In this document: positions 1 through 7,232 of the stretch, piece after piece
How the letters are laid out: every line of letters starts with the position of its first letter
How positions within the stretch are numbered: the stretch's first letter is position 1
IMG/VR virus record: IMGVR_UViG_3300007735_000804
Span: 124,001 to 188,000 of that record
DNA length: 64,000 nt
Direction: 5' to 3' (one strand)
Program-made: the position numbers and the translations under genes
The notes under the pieces: model-generated
What the model was told of the DNA's origin: nothing
The model's database searches: none
Seen by the model: only the letters and a program-made list of their open reading frames with translations

Positions 1-48
1 GTTTCAAGGTTGAAGCGGGTCATGGGGTCGTCCGTGGTTGACTGAATC

Positions 49-107
49 AGTATAAGGGGTCAGGTGGGGGGTTGGTGTCCCCCGTGTGCCAGATCAGCGA
101 CCGTCTG
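49..107 (-). promoter_or_regulatory. early promoter cassette (-10 TATACT + 22-bp palindromic element at 86-107)
   Basis: GTGCCAGAT-CAGC-GACCGTCTG 32 bp from the -10; ATG at 23 downstream. Confidence 0.7.
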
Positions 108-261
108 TGTAGTCTCCGATGATGATGCCAGTTGCGGCATCGCGGACCTGAGCGTACCCGTACTCCTCAGAGAGGTCCAGGCAGAGCAACCAGGCACGGT
201 CCTCATCGGTGGTGGTGTTCTCCCAGGGAGCGGAGGGGCAGATCACGTTGAGGCGGGTCAT
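94..261 (-). CDS. small hypothetical early protein (55 aa)
   Basis: ORF track 94..312 trimmed to ATG at 261, downstream of TGcTACAAT -10 at 285-290. Confidence 0.65.
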   Translation of the reverse strand: MTRLNVICPSAPWENTTTDEDRAWLLCLDLSEEYGYAQVRDAATGIIIGDYTDGR

Positions 262-308
262 GGTTGGTTGATTGAACTGAGAGTATTGTAGCAGGTCGGG
301 GGGAGGGG

Positions 309-485
309 TCAACCCTCCCCATCCTCTGGGGTCAGCGCCCAGACCACGCTCTCCAGAGGGGCAGCGTAGAAGTACTCCTCCCCGTTCTGGGTGACGCGCC
401 AGACCTGGCAGGTGGCGTTGGGCTCACGGGTGATACGCTCCACCCCGTAGGGTTGCAGCATCATGATGGCTTCGGAGATCAGCAT
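309..485 (-). CDS. small hypothetical early protein (58 aa)
   Basis: MLISEAIMM... start just downstream of the promoter at 509-514. Confidence 0.6.
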   Translation of the reverse strand: MLISEAIMMLQPYGVERITREPNATCQVWRVTQNGEEYFYAAPLESVVWALTPEDGEG

Positions 486-508
486 GGGTCGTTTGCTTTG
501 GTTCCCAT

Positions 509-568
509 AGTATAGAGGCAAAAGGGAGGGGGTGTGCCCCTCCGTTGTGCCATTATCAGAATTGGACC
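509..568 (-). promoter_or_regulatory. early promoter cassette with embedded terminator-like hairpin
   Basis: -10 TATACT 509-514; GGAGGGG/CCCCTCC hairpin 525-543; degenerate palindrome GTGCCATTA-TCAG-AATTGGACC 547-568. Confidence 0.6.
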
Positions 569-684
569 TCCTGCAGGGTCGGTTGGGGGGCAGCGTCCTC
601 AGCGGTGAGGGTCTCCAGGATCTGCAGGATCTGCTCTCCGTTGCGACCTTGACGGAGCAGGGAGAGGGCAAGGTTCAGGGTCAT
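556..684 (-). CDS. small hypothetical protein (42 aa)
   Basis: MTLNLALSLLRQGRNGEQILQILE...; fits the minus-strand gene tiling. Confidence 0.55.
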   Translation of the reverse strand: MTLNLALSLLRQGRNGEQILQILETLTAEDAAPQPTLQEVQF

Positions 685-719
685 GGTATGATGTCGGGTT
701 GGTTGGTAAGGGTCAGGGG

Positions 720-860
720 TCAGGGTGCCAGGTGGGCAGGCGACCCACAGGAGCGGTAGAAGGCGACCATGCGCTCCGCCTCCTCCAGGGTGCGGAACCA
801 TTGCGACCGCCACTCACAGGCATTGTAGGGGGTTTGGTAGCGAACTTCGTAGCGGATCAT
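720..860 (-). CDS. small hypothetical protein (46 aa)
   Basis: Read by hand: MIRYEVRYQTPYNACEWRSQWFRTLEEAERMVAFYRSCGSPAHLAP; -10 TGcTACAAT at 885-890. Confidence 0.65.
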   Translation of the reverse strand: MIRYEVRYQTPYNACEWRSQWFRTLEEAERMVAFYRSCGSPAHLAP

Positions 861-895
861 GGCGGGTCGGTTGGTTGCTTTGGTATTGTAGCAGG

Positions 896-1060
896 TCAGG
901 CAGCGATCAGCAGGTCGTCCTCCCAGCAGATGCGATCAGAGAACAGCAGGTCCGCGATTGCCTCCAGGTCCTGGCGGTCCTGATCTGCCTTCAGGATGGC
1001 AGCACGGCACTGGGCGGCAACTTCTTCCAGGGTGTACAGGGCGTTGCAGTTGTAGCGCAT
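896..1060 (-). CDS. small hypothetical protein (54 aa)
   Basis: Read by hand: MRYNCNALYTLEEVAAQCRAAILKAD...; downstream of the promoter at 1086. Confidence 0.6.
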   Translation of the reverse strand: MRYNCNALYTLEEVAAQCRAAILKADQDRQDLEAIADLLFSDRICWEDDLLIAA

Positions 1061-1085
1061 GAGGTCGTCCGTGGTTGACTTGTTC

Positions 1086-1144
1086 AGTATAAGGGGTCAG
1101 CGGGCAATCAGGTCGCCTGCAGTGTACAGTGCCTGGGCTGTCAC
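1086..1144 (-). promoter_or_regulatory. early promoter cassette
   Basis: -10 TATACT 1086-1091; TGTACAGTG-CCTG-GGCTGTCAC 1123-1144. Confidence 0.6.
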
Positions 1145-1264
1145 ATTACGGATGGGGCGAATCGGTTCCCATAGCAGGCAGAGCAGCACAGCAACAGCAG
1201 CAACGCGGAGCATGGTAGCACGGTGGAAGTCAGCAGAGCGGGAGCAGGTTAGGGATCGCATCAT
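1097..1264 (-). CDS. small hydrophobic hypothetical protein (55 aa)
   Basis: MMRSLTCSRSADFHRATMLRVAAVAVLLCLLWEP...; ATGA overlap with the upstream stop. Confidence 0.55.
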   Translation of the reverse strand: MMRSLTCSRSADFHRATMLRVAAVAVLLCLLWEPIRPIRNVTAQALYTAGDLIAR

Positions 1265-1602
1265 GCAAACACAAATCCATCGGAAAATTCGTATTCGTTG
1301 AACACAGGAGAAGTTCCTGCCTGTCCGACAAACTTATGAACAAACCACTTAAAGTTGCGCTGAAATACACATTCGCCCTTGATTCCAAACTCCTGAAGTA
1401 AAGCATTCAGGCGCGATTTGGTGGTCTTAGTTTGATACCCACCATCAAAGATTTCAAGGGAGGTATCATCAATCTTTGCAATCAGATTGCTGTGAAGGTA
1501 TACAAAACTCACACCTTCAATGGTGATAACTTCGGTATTGTCACACTTCCAATCGCGGTTATCACGAATGGCAGCGCACATTTCAGATTCGATCTTACGC
1601 AT
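1261..1602 (-). CDS. hypothetical early protein (MRKIESEMC...)
   Basis: ORF track; start trimmed to the ATG after the promoter at 1627. Confidence 0.75.
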   Translation of the reverse strand: MRKIESEMCAAIRDNRDWKCDNTEVITIEGVSFVYLHSNLIAKIDDTSLEIFDGGYQTKTTKSRLNALLQEFGIKGECVFQRNFKWFVHKFVGQAGTSPVFNEYEFSDGFVFA

Positions 1603-1626
1603 GAGGCGTCTCTCAGTGACAAACGT

Positions 1627-1685
1627 AGTATGGCATGGATCAGGGGTCAGCACAAGGGGGTGTGTGCCACCTGTTCAACTGGCAC
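1627..1685 (-). promoter_or_regulatory. early promoter cassette
   Basis: TGcCATACT -10; GTGCCACCT-GTTC-AACTGGCAC 1664-1685. Confidence 0.8.
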
Positions 1686-2571
1686 ACTTAAACCGTTGGT
1701 TGTTGAAGTTAGCGTTAGAAAAGACCTCACGATTCACCAGTTTGAACATACCAAACTCATTGGTCATGACATAACCCTCAGCATCAATTCTGTTGCCGTA
1801 GAGGTATGCTGCAGGACCATTGTTGCGGCAGAGGTATAAGCAATCATCCTTGATTGACTTCACCAATGCCCACAAACGCAGCAGGTTAGCATCACAATCA
1901 AAGTCGTCTGGGTTGATCTCTTCCCCAGCACGAATGCAGGCATTGATCTGTTGTTTGATCTTTGCCGCCTCTTTTACACTCACAAACTCACAGAGAGTTG
2001 CAATTTGACGGGCAAAGTCACAGACTTCTTTTACATCAGCAAACGATTCTTGCCCGTGCTGAATGTATGCTTGGGGTTGCACAAATTTCACGGTGTCAGT
2101 ATCATTCCAAACGGAACGATCAGGCATGGCAACAGCATCACGAAGATCGCTCGCAGCATAGTAACAAGTGTGCGGAGCGATGATGATACGTTGCTCTACT
2201 ACTTCAGGGAACTGATAGGTGATAGTGTTGGGGGTGTATTCAGTAGATCCACCAAACCCGATAAAGTCACCTTGATAAATGGTATTTGTAAAAGGTAGGC
2301 AATCAAAACAAGCGTGAAGAATTTCTGCAACCTGTCCCTGATGATTCTGATCGATTTCATCATGGGATTCGTTGATCTTGATTTTAACTTTGTTGAAGAC
2401 ACTTTTGGTGCCTACGAAGAAGTTACCAGTGGCAGGATTGCGACCCCAGACAATAGCGGGAGCACCATCAATCTTTACACTCAAGGTGCCACGGGCAGTA
2501 AACCAATCCAGAACAGAAAGATCACCCGTCAGGATGGTATCTTCGGGGTGTTCGAGGTGTGTGTTTTTCAT
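1675..2571 (-). CDS. DUF6267-like protein with ligase/covalent nucleotidyltransferase-type motifs
   Basis: HLEHPED N-terminus, KIDG (motif I KxDG), YQGD, EGYV, KLV. Confidence 0.65.
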   Translation of the reverse strand: MKNTHLEHPEDTILTGDLSVLDWFTARGTLSVKIDGAPAIVWGRNPATGNFFVGTKSVFNKVKIKINESHDEIDQNHQGQVAEILHACFDCLPFTNTIYQGDFIGFGGSTEYTPNTITYQFPEVVEQRIIIAPHTCYYAASDLRDAVAMPDRSVWNDTDTVKFVQPQAYIQHGQESFADVKEVCDFARQIATLCEFVSVKEAAKIKQQINACIRAGEEINPDDFDCDANLLRLWALVKSIKDDCLYLCRNNGPAAYLYGNRIDAEGYVMTNEFGMFKLVNREVFSNANFNNQRFKCAS

Positions 2572-2577
2572 GCTGTT

Positions 2578-2636
2578 AGTATGGCACGGAATCAGGGGAA
2601 TCACAAGGGGGTGTGTGCCAGTTCCTCAACTGTCAC
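2578..2636 (-). promoter_or_regulatory. early promoter cassette
   Basis: TGcCATACT -10; GTGCCAGTT-CCTC-AACTGTCAC 2615-2636. Confidence 0.8.
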
Positions 2637-2806
2637 TCCTCCAGCAGTTCAGGATAGTATTCTTCAACCTCTGCAATCAGTTCCTCATCACTATACCCAG
2701 AAAGATTTTCTTCAATCTGGTCACCAACAAGTCGCATCAGATCTTTGGTGCTCATGTTATCAAGGATGCGATCAATGTAAGCATCCAGAAGTTCTTGGCG
2801 GTTCAT
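2633..2806 (-). CDS. acidic hypothetical protein (57 aa)
   Basis: Read by hand: MNRQELLDAYIDRILDNMSTKDLMRLVG...EEYYPELLEE. Confidence 0.65.
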   Translation of the reverse strand: MNRQELLDAYIDRILDNMSTKDLMRLVGDQIEENLSGYSDEELIAEVEEYYPELLEE

Positions 2807-2808
2807 GA

Positions 2809-3078
2809 TCAGTTTGCGTAGAGTGGGAGTTTCTTACGGAGACGGATTGCGTCTTCTAATACATCACCAATCTGTTCGTAGATGTAGTCGCAACCTCCTA
2901 CATCACAGAGTACATCTTGAGTGAAAAGTGATGGGAAATACTCCTCTTGAGTCATCTCCTCATTATACTCAAACACATCATGTTGAGTGAATACAAATGC
3001 AGCACATCCTGCGTCCTCACCTTGACTCTCAATCAGTTGGTTGATAGTGTCACGAAGTTCGGAAAGTGTGCGGTACAT
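2809..3078 (-). CDS. hypothetical protein
   Basis: ORF track 89 aa; tiling. Confidence 0.65.
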   Translation of the reverse strand: MYRTLSELRDTINQLIESQGEDAGCAAFVFTQHDVFEYNEEMTQEEYFPSLFTQDVLCDVGGCDYIYEQIGDVLEDAIRLRKKLPLYAN

Positions 3079-3417
3079 AATCAGTTCAGGAGTTCAGTTA
3101 CAAAATTAAGAGTTATCTTTGTTCTTGCTGATAGTTGATGAAGTTTGTCATCATCAACATTTAGGACTACATTTTCACTCTTTGGTAGAAGTTCTTGAAA
3201 GGATTTGAGTGTAGTATAAATGTAATCCAGTTTTTCGGAATTAGTCATTCATCGTCTCCAAAGTTGTTAGTGAGGAAATCTTCAAGTTCGATGAGTTTGC
3301 TGTCACTCAAAGAGACAATGTACTCATCGACAATCATAGCGAGAAGGTCATGATCTTCCCTACATTTAGCATACAAGAACTCAAAGAGTTCTGTACCTGT
3401 AGAATAGCGAAGGTCAG

Positions 3418-3618
3418 TCATTTCAGAATGATACGATAATCAATGGATTTGACACACCAACCAGTAGCGGCGGTGATTTCTTCTACGAGGTCATCTTCAT
3501 CATCTGCTTCCCAAATTGTAGTACGAACATCGCAGATGAGATCTTCTTGCAAACCAGGAGAAAGTGGTTCACCATCAGACTCAAAATCAAACTCAATTTC
3601 AGTAACTTGGAATTGCAT
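3418..3618 (-). CDS. acidic hypothetical protein
   Basis: ORF track 66 aa, downstream of the promoter at 3653. Confidence 0.7.
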   Translation of the reverse strand: MQFQVTEIEFDFESDGEPLSPGLQEDLICDVRTTIWEADDEDDLVEEITAATGWCVKSIDYRIILK

Positions 3619-3652
3619 TACTTACGAAGAGGAGAATTGAAGTAACGAGTGA

Positions 3653-3710
3653 AGCATAGCACCAGGATGATGCCAGTGGAGATGACACCGACCAGTCCTA
3701 GAACTGTCAC
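3653..3710 (-). promoter_or_regulatory. early promoter cassette
   Basis: TGcTATGCT -10; CGACCAGTC-CTAG-AACTGTCAC 3689-3710. Confidence 0.6.
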
Positions 3711-3744
3711 AGCATCACCAGTGAACGAATAGGTTTCAATCATT

Positions 3745-3894
3745 TTAATAGGTCAGGAGTGCGGATACTTTATCATACAACTGGGAAACATCTACGCCCA
3801 GGATTTCACTACATTCCTCCCAATCTTCATGAAACTCGATGAGATCCAGCAGGGCACGAATCTCCGCTTGGTTTAGTTCAAGAACTTCTGCCAT
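3745..3894 (-). CDS. hypothetical protein (49 aa)
   Basis: MAEVLELNQAEIRALLDLIE... Confidence 0.55.
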   Translation of the reverse strand: MAEVLELNQAEIRALLDLIEFHEDWEECSEILGVDVSQLYDKVSALLTY

Positions 3895-3895
3895 T

Positions 3896-4015
3896 TCAGT
3901 AATCATAATCGGCGGCAAGATACTCATTCATGTTGAACTCTTCATCGTTCAACTCTGGGATATCAAAAATCTCACCAGGAGCATCTTGAATCTCTTGCCA
4001 AAGTTCATCAAACAT
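3896..4015 (-). CDS. very acidic mini-protein (39 aa)
   Basis: Read by hand: MFDELWQEIQDAPGEIFDIPELNDEEFNMNEYLAADYDY; first gene after the promoter at 4040. Confidence 0.6.
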   Translation of the reverse strand: MFDELWQEIQDAPGEIFDIPELNDEEFNMNEYLAADYDY

Positions 4016-4039
4016 GGTGTGTCTTTCAGGGACGAATGT

Positions 4040-4098
4040 AATGTATCAGGGGAGAGGGGGCAGATCAACCCCCCTTGTGCCACCTTCTCAACTGGCAC
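4040..4098 (-). promoter_or_regulatory. early promoter cassette
   Basis: TGaTACATT -10; GGGGG/CCCCC hairpin; GTGCCACCT-TCTC-AACTGGCAC 4077-4098. Confidence 0.8.
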
Positions 4099-4101
4099 AC
4101 A

Positions 4102-4260
4102 TTAAATTACAGAAACGTTAACCTCTTTAATATTCAAACCCATTAATTGGTTTGTAACACGATTGCAGATCACTTCGGTAGGGTTCTTTAACTTCGAACG
4201 CTCATACCAAATTGTACAGCAACCGTCATAAGTTTCGACACGAATTCGAATGTCTTTCAT
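4102..4260 (-). CDS. hypothetical protein (52 aa)
   Basis: Read by hand: MKDIRIRVETYDGCCTIWYERSKLKNPT... Confidence 0.6.
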   Translation of the reverse strand: MKDIRIRVETYDGCCTIWYERSKLKNPTEVICNRVTNQLMGLNIKEVNVSVI

Positions 4261-4283
4261 CGATCAATTGCGACGACTTGAGT

Positions 4284-4342
4284 AACATAACCCAGCACGT
4301 GGCAGAACGCAAGGGGGTGTGTGCCAGTTGATCAACCGTCCT
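4284..4342 (-). promoter_or_regulatory. early promoter cassette
   Basis: -10 TATGTT; GTGCCAGTT-GATC-AACCGTCCT 4321-4342. Confidence 0.65.
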
Positions 4343-4421
4343 CATTCTCAATAAGATCTTGTTATTGAGAATCAATAAGGACTAGTAATTGAGAATAAGA
4401 TCCAATATTTAAACTGGCACA

Positions 4422-4574
4422 CTAGTCGAACGGATCGAATTCTTTTACCCTAGAATGCACTTCCTCGTCACCCTGCAGGTCTAGGATATCACGCCAATTG
4501 ATATCATCCACATCTAGATCATCATATGCTATGATGTCTAGTGTAACTCGTATGTGACGTTTTTGTGCTATCAT
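4422..4574 (-). CDS. acidic hypothetical protein (50 aa)
   Basis: Read by hand: MIAQKRHIRVTLDIIAYDDLDVDDINWRDILDLQGDEEVHSRVKEFDPFD. Confidence 0.6.
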   Translation of the reverse strand: MIAQKRHIRVTLDIIAYDDLDVDDINWRDILDLQGDEEVHSRVKEFDPFD

Positions 4575-4583
4575 AAGATCTAG

Positions 4584-4736
4584 TTATGCGTAATGACGAT
4601 ATGCAAGTGCTTCGTAATCTTGCCCGTCTCGTGCATAATCTTCGTCGAGATCTTGTGCATCTTGTGCATAATACTCGTCGAGATCGTATGAATAATCTGT
4701 TGCGTATGTATAGTCGAGATCGTAATCGTCGTACAT
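4584..4736 (-). CDS. Asp/Tyr-rich mini-protein (50 aa)
   Basis: Read by hand: MYDDYDLDYTYATDYSYDLDEYYAQDAQDLDEDYARDGQDYEALAYRHYA; TTGCAA-18-TGcTATAAT promoter at 4768-4797. Confidence 0.6.
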   Translation of the reverse strand: MYDDYDLDYTYATDYSYDLDEYYAQDAQDLDEDYARDGQDYEALAYRHYA

Positions 4737-4914
4737 AATGCTCGTCGAGATTGTATGTGACTAGATGATTATAGCATAATTCTCGACGAGTTTGCAAGCC
4801 TTATGAATGCACAGGTCTCGTCGAGATCATAATGATATATATGTATTCTCGACTAGATTTGTGTTCTTATGATGACATTAGATCTCGTCGAGTTTCTTAT
4901 AAGGTCTCGTCGAG
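4641..4914. repeat. array of 9 CTCGWCGAG palindromic nonamers (6 perfect)
   Basis: Starts at 4641, 4674, 4710, 4741, 4782, 4817, 4848, 4884, 4906. Confidence 0.85.
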
Positions 4915-4953
4915 TTTTGTGTGGGTCTCGTGGCATTTTCGCGGGCGGCGGAC

Positions 4954-4982
4954 TTGACAAACTGCGCGTCTTATGATACGCT
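4954..4982 (+). promoter_or_regulatory. divergent sigma70-type promoter on the + strand
   Basis: TTGACA-17 bp-TACGCT with TG extended -10. Confidence 0.55.
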
Positions 4983-5007
4983 CGCTAAACTCACAAGTCT
5001 TGGAAGC

Positions 5008-5128
5008 ATTTATAAGGTATTAAACATAAGAACTGGAGAGATTTATAAGATATTAAACGCAAAACTTAACACCTTATTCTCAACGATATTCTCAATTGAT
5101 TCTCAATTATTGCAATCTTATTGAGAAT
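5008..5128. repeat. ATTTATAAGRTATTAAAC x2 and ATTCTCAA(T) x3 plus an inverted copy, before an AT-rich tract
   Basis: Direct repeats 5008-5025 and 5041-5058; ATTCTCAA at 5076, 5088, 5099; ATTGAGAAT at 5120. Confidence 0.75.
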
Positions 5129-5261
5129 GTTACAACAAACACAAATATATTTAAAAATACCTTTTTTAATTAAATTTAAGTTAAAATCCTATAAAACAGG
5201 TATAATTTCACTATTTGTATAACCTTGACTCTGTATATACTTCTCCCACAGAGATGCGTCT

Positions 5262-5522
5262 TCAATCGTATAAAAAGTTGCGATTTGTTTGGATTGTTTG
5301 CTCTTTTTGATTTTGGTGTAGATTACTTGGTATTTCATAATAATGTAGATGAATGGGTTGTGAATCGTTCCAATGTCTTATGACCCCTGCAATAATGAAT
5401 AGATTAGTAAGAAGATAAGTGCTGAATATAATAGTGCGTATATAAGCAACGTTGTCTGCTTCTCTATCATCATTAGTTGCTTTATTTCCTAATGCTTTTG
5501 CCCATAGTCTCCACATCTTCAT
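5262..5522 (-). CDS. hypothetical membrane protein
   Basis: MWRLWAKALG..D.EAD..A.IRT followed by a hydrophobic helix. Confidence 0.65.
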   Translation of the reverse strand: MKMWRLWAKALGNKATNDDREADNVAYIRTIIFSTYLLTNLFIIAGVIRHWNDSQPIHLHYYEIPSNLHQNQKEQTIQTNRNFLYD

Positions 5523-5745
5523 AAATTGATTTTCTTGACTTGACATAAGTTAATTCACCCCACTGATCAGAATAACACAATACAAGTAATCGATTATTAG
5601 CATGAAAAGGTGCTGCTGATAAATTTAGATCATCCTTTGGTTTAACCTTTGCTTCAATGGTAATGTACTCATTATCCTTATAATACACCCATCCTTCAAT
5701 ATGAGGTTTCCACTTCACATAATCATTCACCTTTGGTTCATACAT
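5482..5745 (-). CDS. hypothetical protein
   Basis: ORF track 87 aa. Confidence 0.7.
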   Translation of the reverse strand: MYEPKVNDYVKWKPHIEGWVYYKDNEYITIEAKVKPKDDLNLSAAPFHANNRLLVLCYSDQWGELTYVKSRKSIYEDVETMGKSIRK

Positions 5746-6028
5746 ACGCTGCTTCCAATGGAGTTTGTTTGATGATCATAGCAGAATATGGACTTGTATG
5801 CTCTACACTAACAATGTTCCCGACCGTGGATGAGTTAATGGGGGTGTGATATTGTTTTGTTTTGGTATTGTAGAATCCCCAAATACAACGAACGGGATCA
5901 CCAAGATTATAATCAAACCGACGATCATAATGAATCCAGATTGCGATGAGATTGCGCTTAAAGTCAGTTTGCTCATAATGCATTCCTTCTGGAGGTTTGT
6001 GAGGAAATTCAATTGTCACGGACTGCAC
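5738..6028 (-). CDS. hypothetical protein
   Basis: ORF track 96 aa. Confidence 0.7.
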   Translation of the reverse strand: MQSVTIEFPHKPPEGMHYEQTDFKRNLIAIWIHYDRRFDYNLGDPVRCIWGFYNTKTKQYHTPINSSTVGNIVSVEHTSPYSAMIIKQTPLEAAYV

Positions 6029-6166
6029 GAAGACGATTGGGGGAATAACCTAAAGACAAGTAATTGTTTAGCAACAGATCGCATTGCTCTTTTGTTAGAG
6101 CTTTTGCTTCCTCATCAATCAATTCCCATCCTGTTGTTGTCAGTTCTTGAATTTGATACAATTGCG

Positions 6167-6397
6167 TCATGTGGTAAATGCCTCCAGAAGTCCAGACTCA
6201 TATTCATCCTGCAATGGAAACTTCTGTGCATTCACAACACGTTCCATAATTCGATCTGTATATCGATCATCAAATGATTGCTCTTTAGATAGAATTTGAA
6301 ATGCTTCGGTATCTGATTCAGCAATCAGATTGATTAGACCACCATATTCAGATGAAGGAAATGGCACCCAGTAATCAACAATGTACAGATTTTTCAT
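6167..6397 (-). CDS. hypothetical protein (YIVDYWVPFPSSEYGG)
   Basis: ORF track; TTGACA/TAAAAT promoter at about 6421-6449. Confidence 0.7.
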   Translation of the reverse strand: MKNLYIVDYWVPFPSSEYGGLINLIAESDTEAFQILSKEQSFDDRYTDRIMERVVNAQKFPLQDEYESGLLEAFTT

Positions 6398-6410
6398 TGG
6401 TTGTTTGAAA

Positions 6411-6581
6411 CTACTCCTCTATTTTAGAATGAAATTTGTTGTTTGTCAACTGTCTTTGAAGTTCATACTTAACAGGTAAAAGATGTGAATGCAAATGGTG
6501 TTCATAGTCATTTCCTTTCAACAATGAAATGAGACTATCAATCTGATGAATGCCCAGCACCATCTTCATTTCTTCGGTCAT
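6411..6581 (-). CDS. hypothetical protein (56 aa)
   Basis: Read by hand: MTEEMKMVLGIHQIDSLISLLKGNDYE... Confidence 0.55.
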   Translation of the reverse strand: MTEEMKMVLGIHQIDSLISLLKGNDYEHHLHSHLLPVKYELQRQLTNNKFHSKIEE

Positions 6582-6760
6582 ACAAACTCTGCCATATAAT
6601 AATCAACAGTCACCTCAAGTTCTGCTGCTTTTGTTTCAAAATAACCTTGTGTATACTGTCGTGCTTCTTGATATTGCACATGATTCTCAATTTCAACATC
6701 AGCATGTTTCATAAAATCTTGAAATGCAATGATGAATTGTTTCAGATCTTCATCGTTCAT
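6578..6760 (-). CDS. hypothetical protein
   Basis: C-terminus KAAELEVTVDYYMAEFV; tiling. Confidence 0.6.
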   Translation of the reverse strand: MNDEDLKQFIIAFQDFMKHADVEIENHVQYQEARQYTQGYFETKAAELEVTVDYYMAEFV

Positions 6761-6886
6761 TGGCACATCCAATTGTTGAACAGTAATAAGAATCGTACAT
6801 TTTCCGATCACGTTGAATCAGAAAGGCATTATATCCGATGATGAACACCAATGCTATAATGCCGTAAACAACATATTTTGATTTCA

Positions 6887-7150
6887 TCAGCAGGCACCAT
6901 AGAAAGGGTTACCAGTTTGAGGCAGATCCTGATTGTCACCCGTGATGATGTAATCATATGCCAGGCGCTCACGAATTGCAACTGCCTTCTCCACACGATT
7001 CAGAAACTTCTTGGAGATTTGGTCAATACCCTTCCAGGACAGAATTTGCATACACCATTCTTCTGAAATGTCACCATAAGGAGTGGCAACAGGATAGAAA
7101 CCAACCAGCATCGTGCCGTCTTTGGACTGGAGGGTAGGGAAGTCAGGCAT
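6887..7150 (-). CDS. hypothetical early protein
   Basis: MPDFPTLQSKDG..., directly after the promoter at 7175. Confidence 0.7.
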   Translation of the reverse strand: MPDFPTLQSKDGTMLVGFYPVATPYGDISEEWCMQILSWKGIDQISKKFLNRVEKAVAIRERLAYDYIITGDNQDLPQTGNPFYGAC

Positions 7151-7174
7151 TGGGTGTCTCTCGATTACCTTTGT

Positions 7175-7232
7175 ATTATAGGGCATCCAGAATGATCTGG
7201 AGTGCCCTGTGTGCCAGTTCCTCAAGTGGTCG
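7175..7232 (-). promoter_or_regulatory. early promoter cassette with long spacer hairpin
   Basis: TATAAT; GGGCA-TCCAGA/TCTGGA-G-TGCCC hairpin 7181-7207; GTGCCAGTT-CCTC-AAGTGGTCG 7211-7232. Confidence 0.8.

Noticed and set aside
4399-4420. Additional palindrome copy (GATCCAATA-TTTA-AACTGGCAC)
   Set aside because: Only one good half-site and no -10 box at the expected distance, so it was not counted as a promoter cassette
4522-4797. Arg-rich 91-aa ORF in the track
   Set aside because: It starts at a TTG within the -35 box; the alternative-frame 50-aa ORFs fit the promoter and tiling better
4641-4914. CRISPR or mini-array interpretation of the CTCGWCGAG repeats
   Set aside because: Repeats are only 9-11 bp, spacing is irregular (22-41 bp), three lie in an ORF, and there are no cas genes
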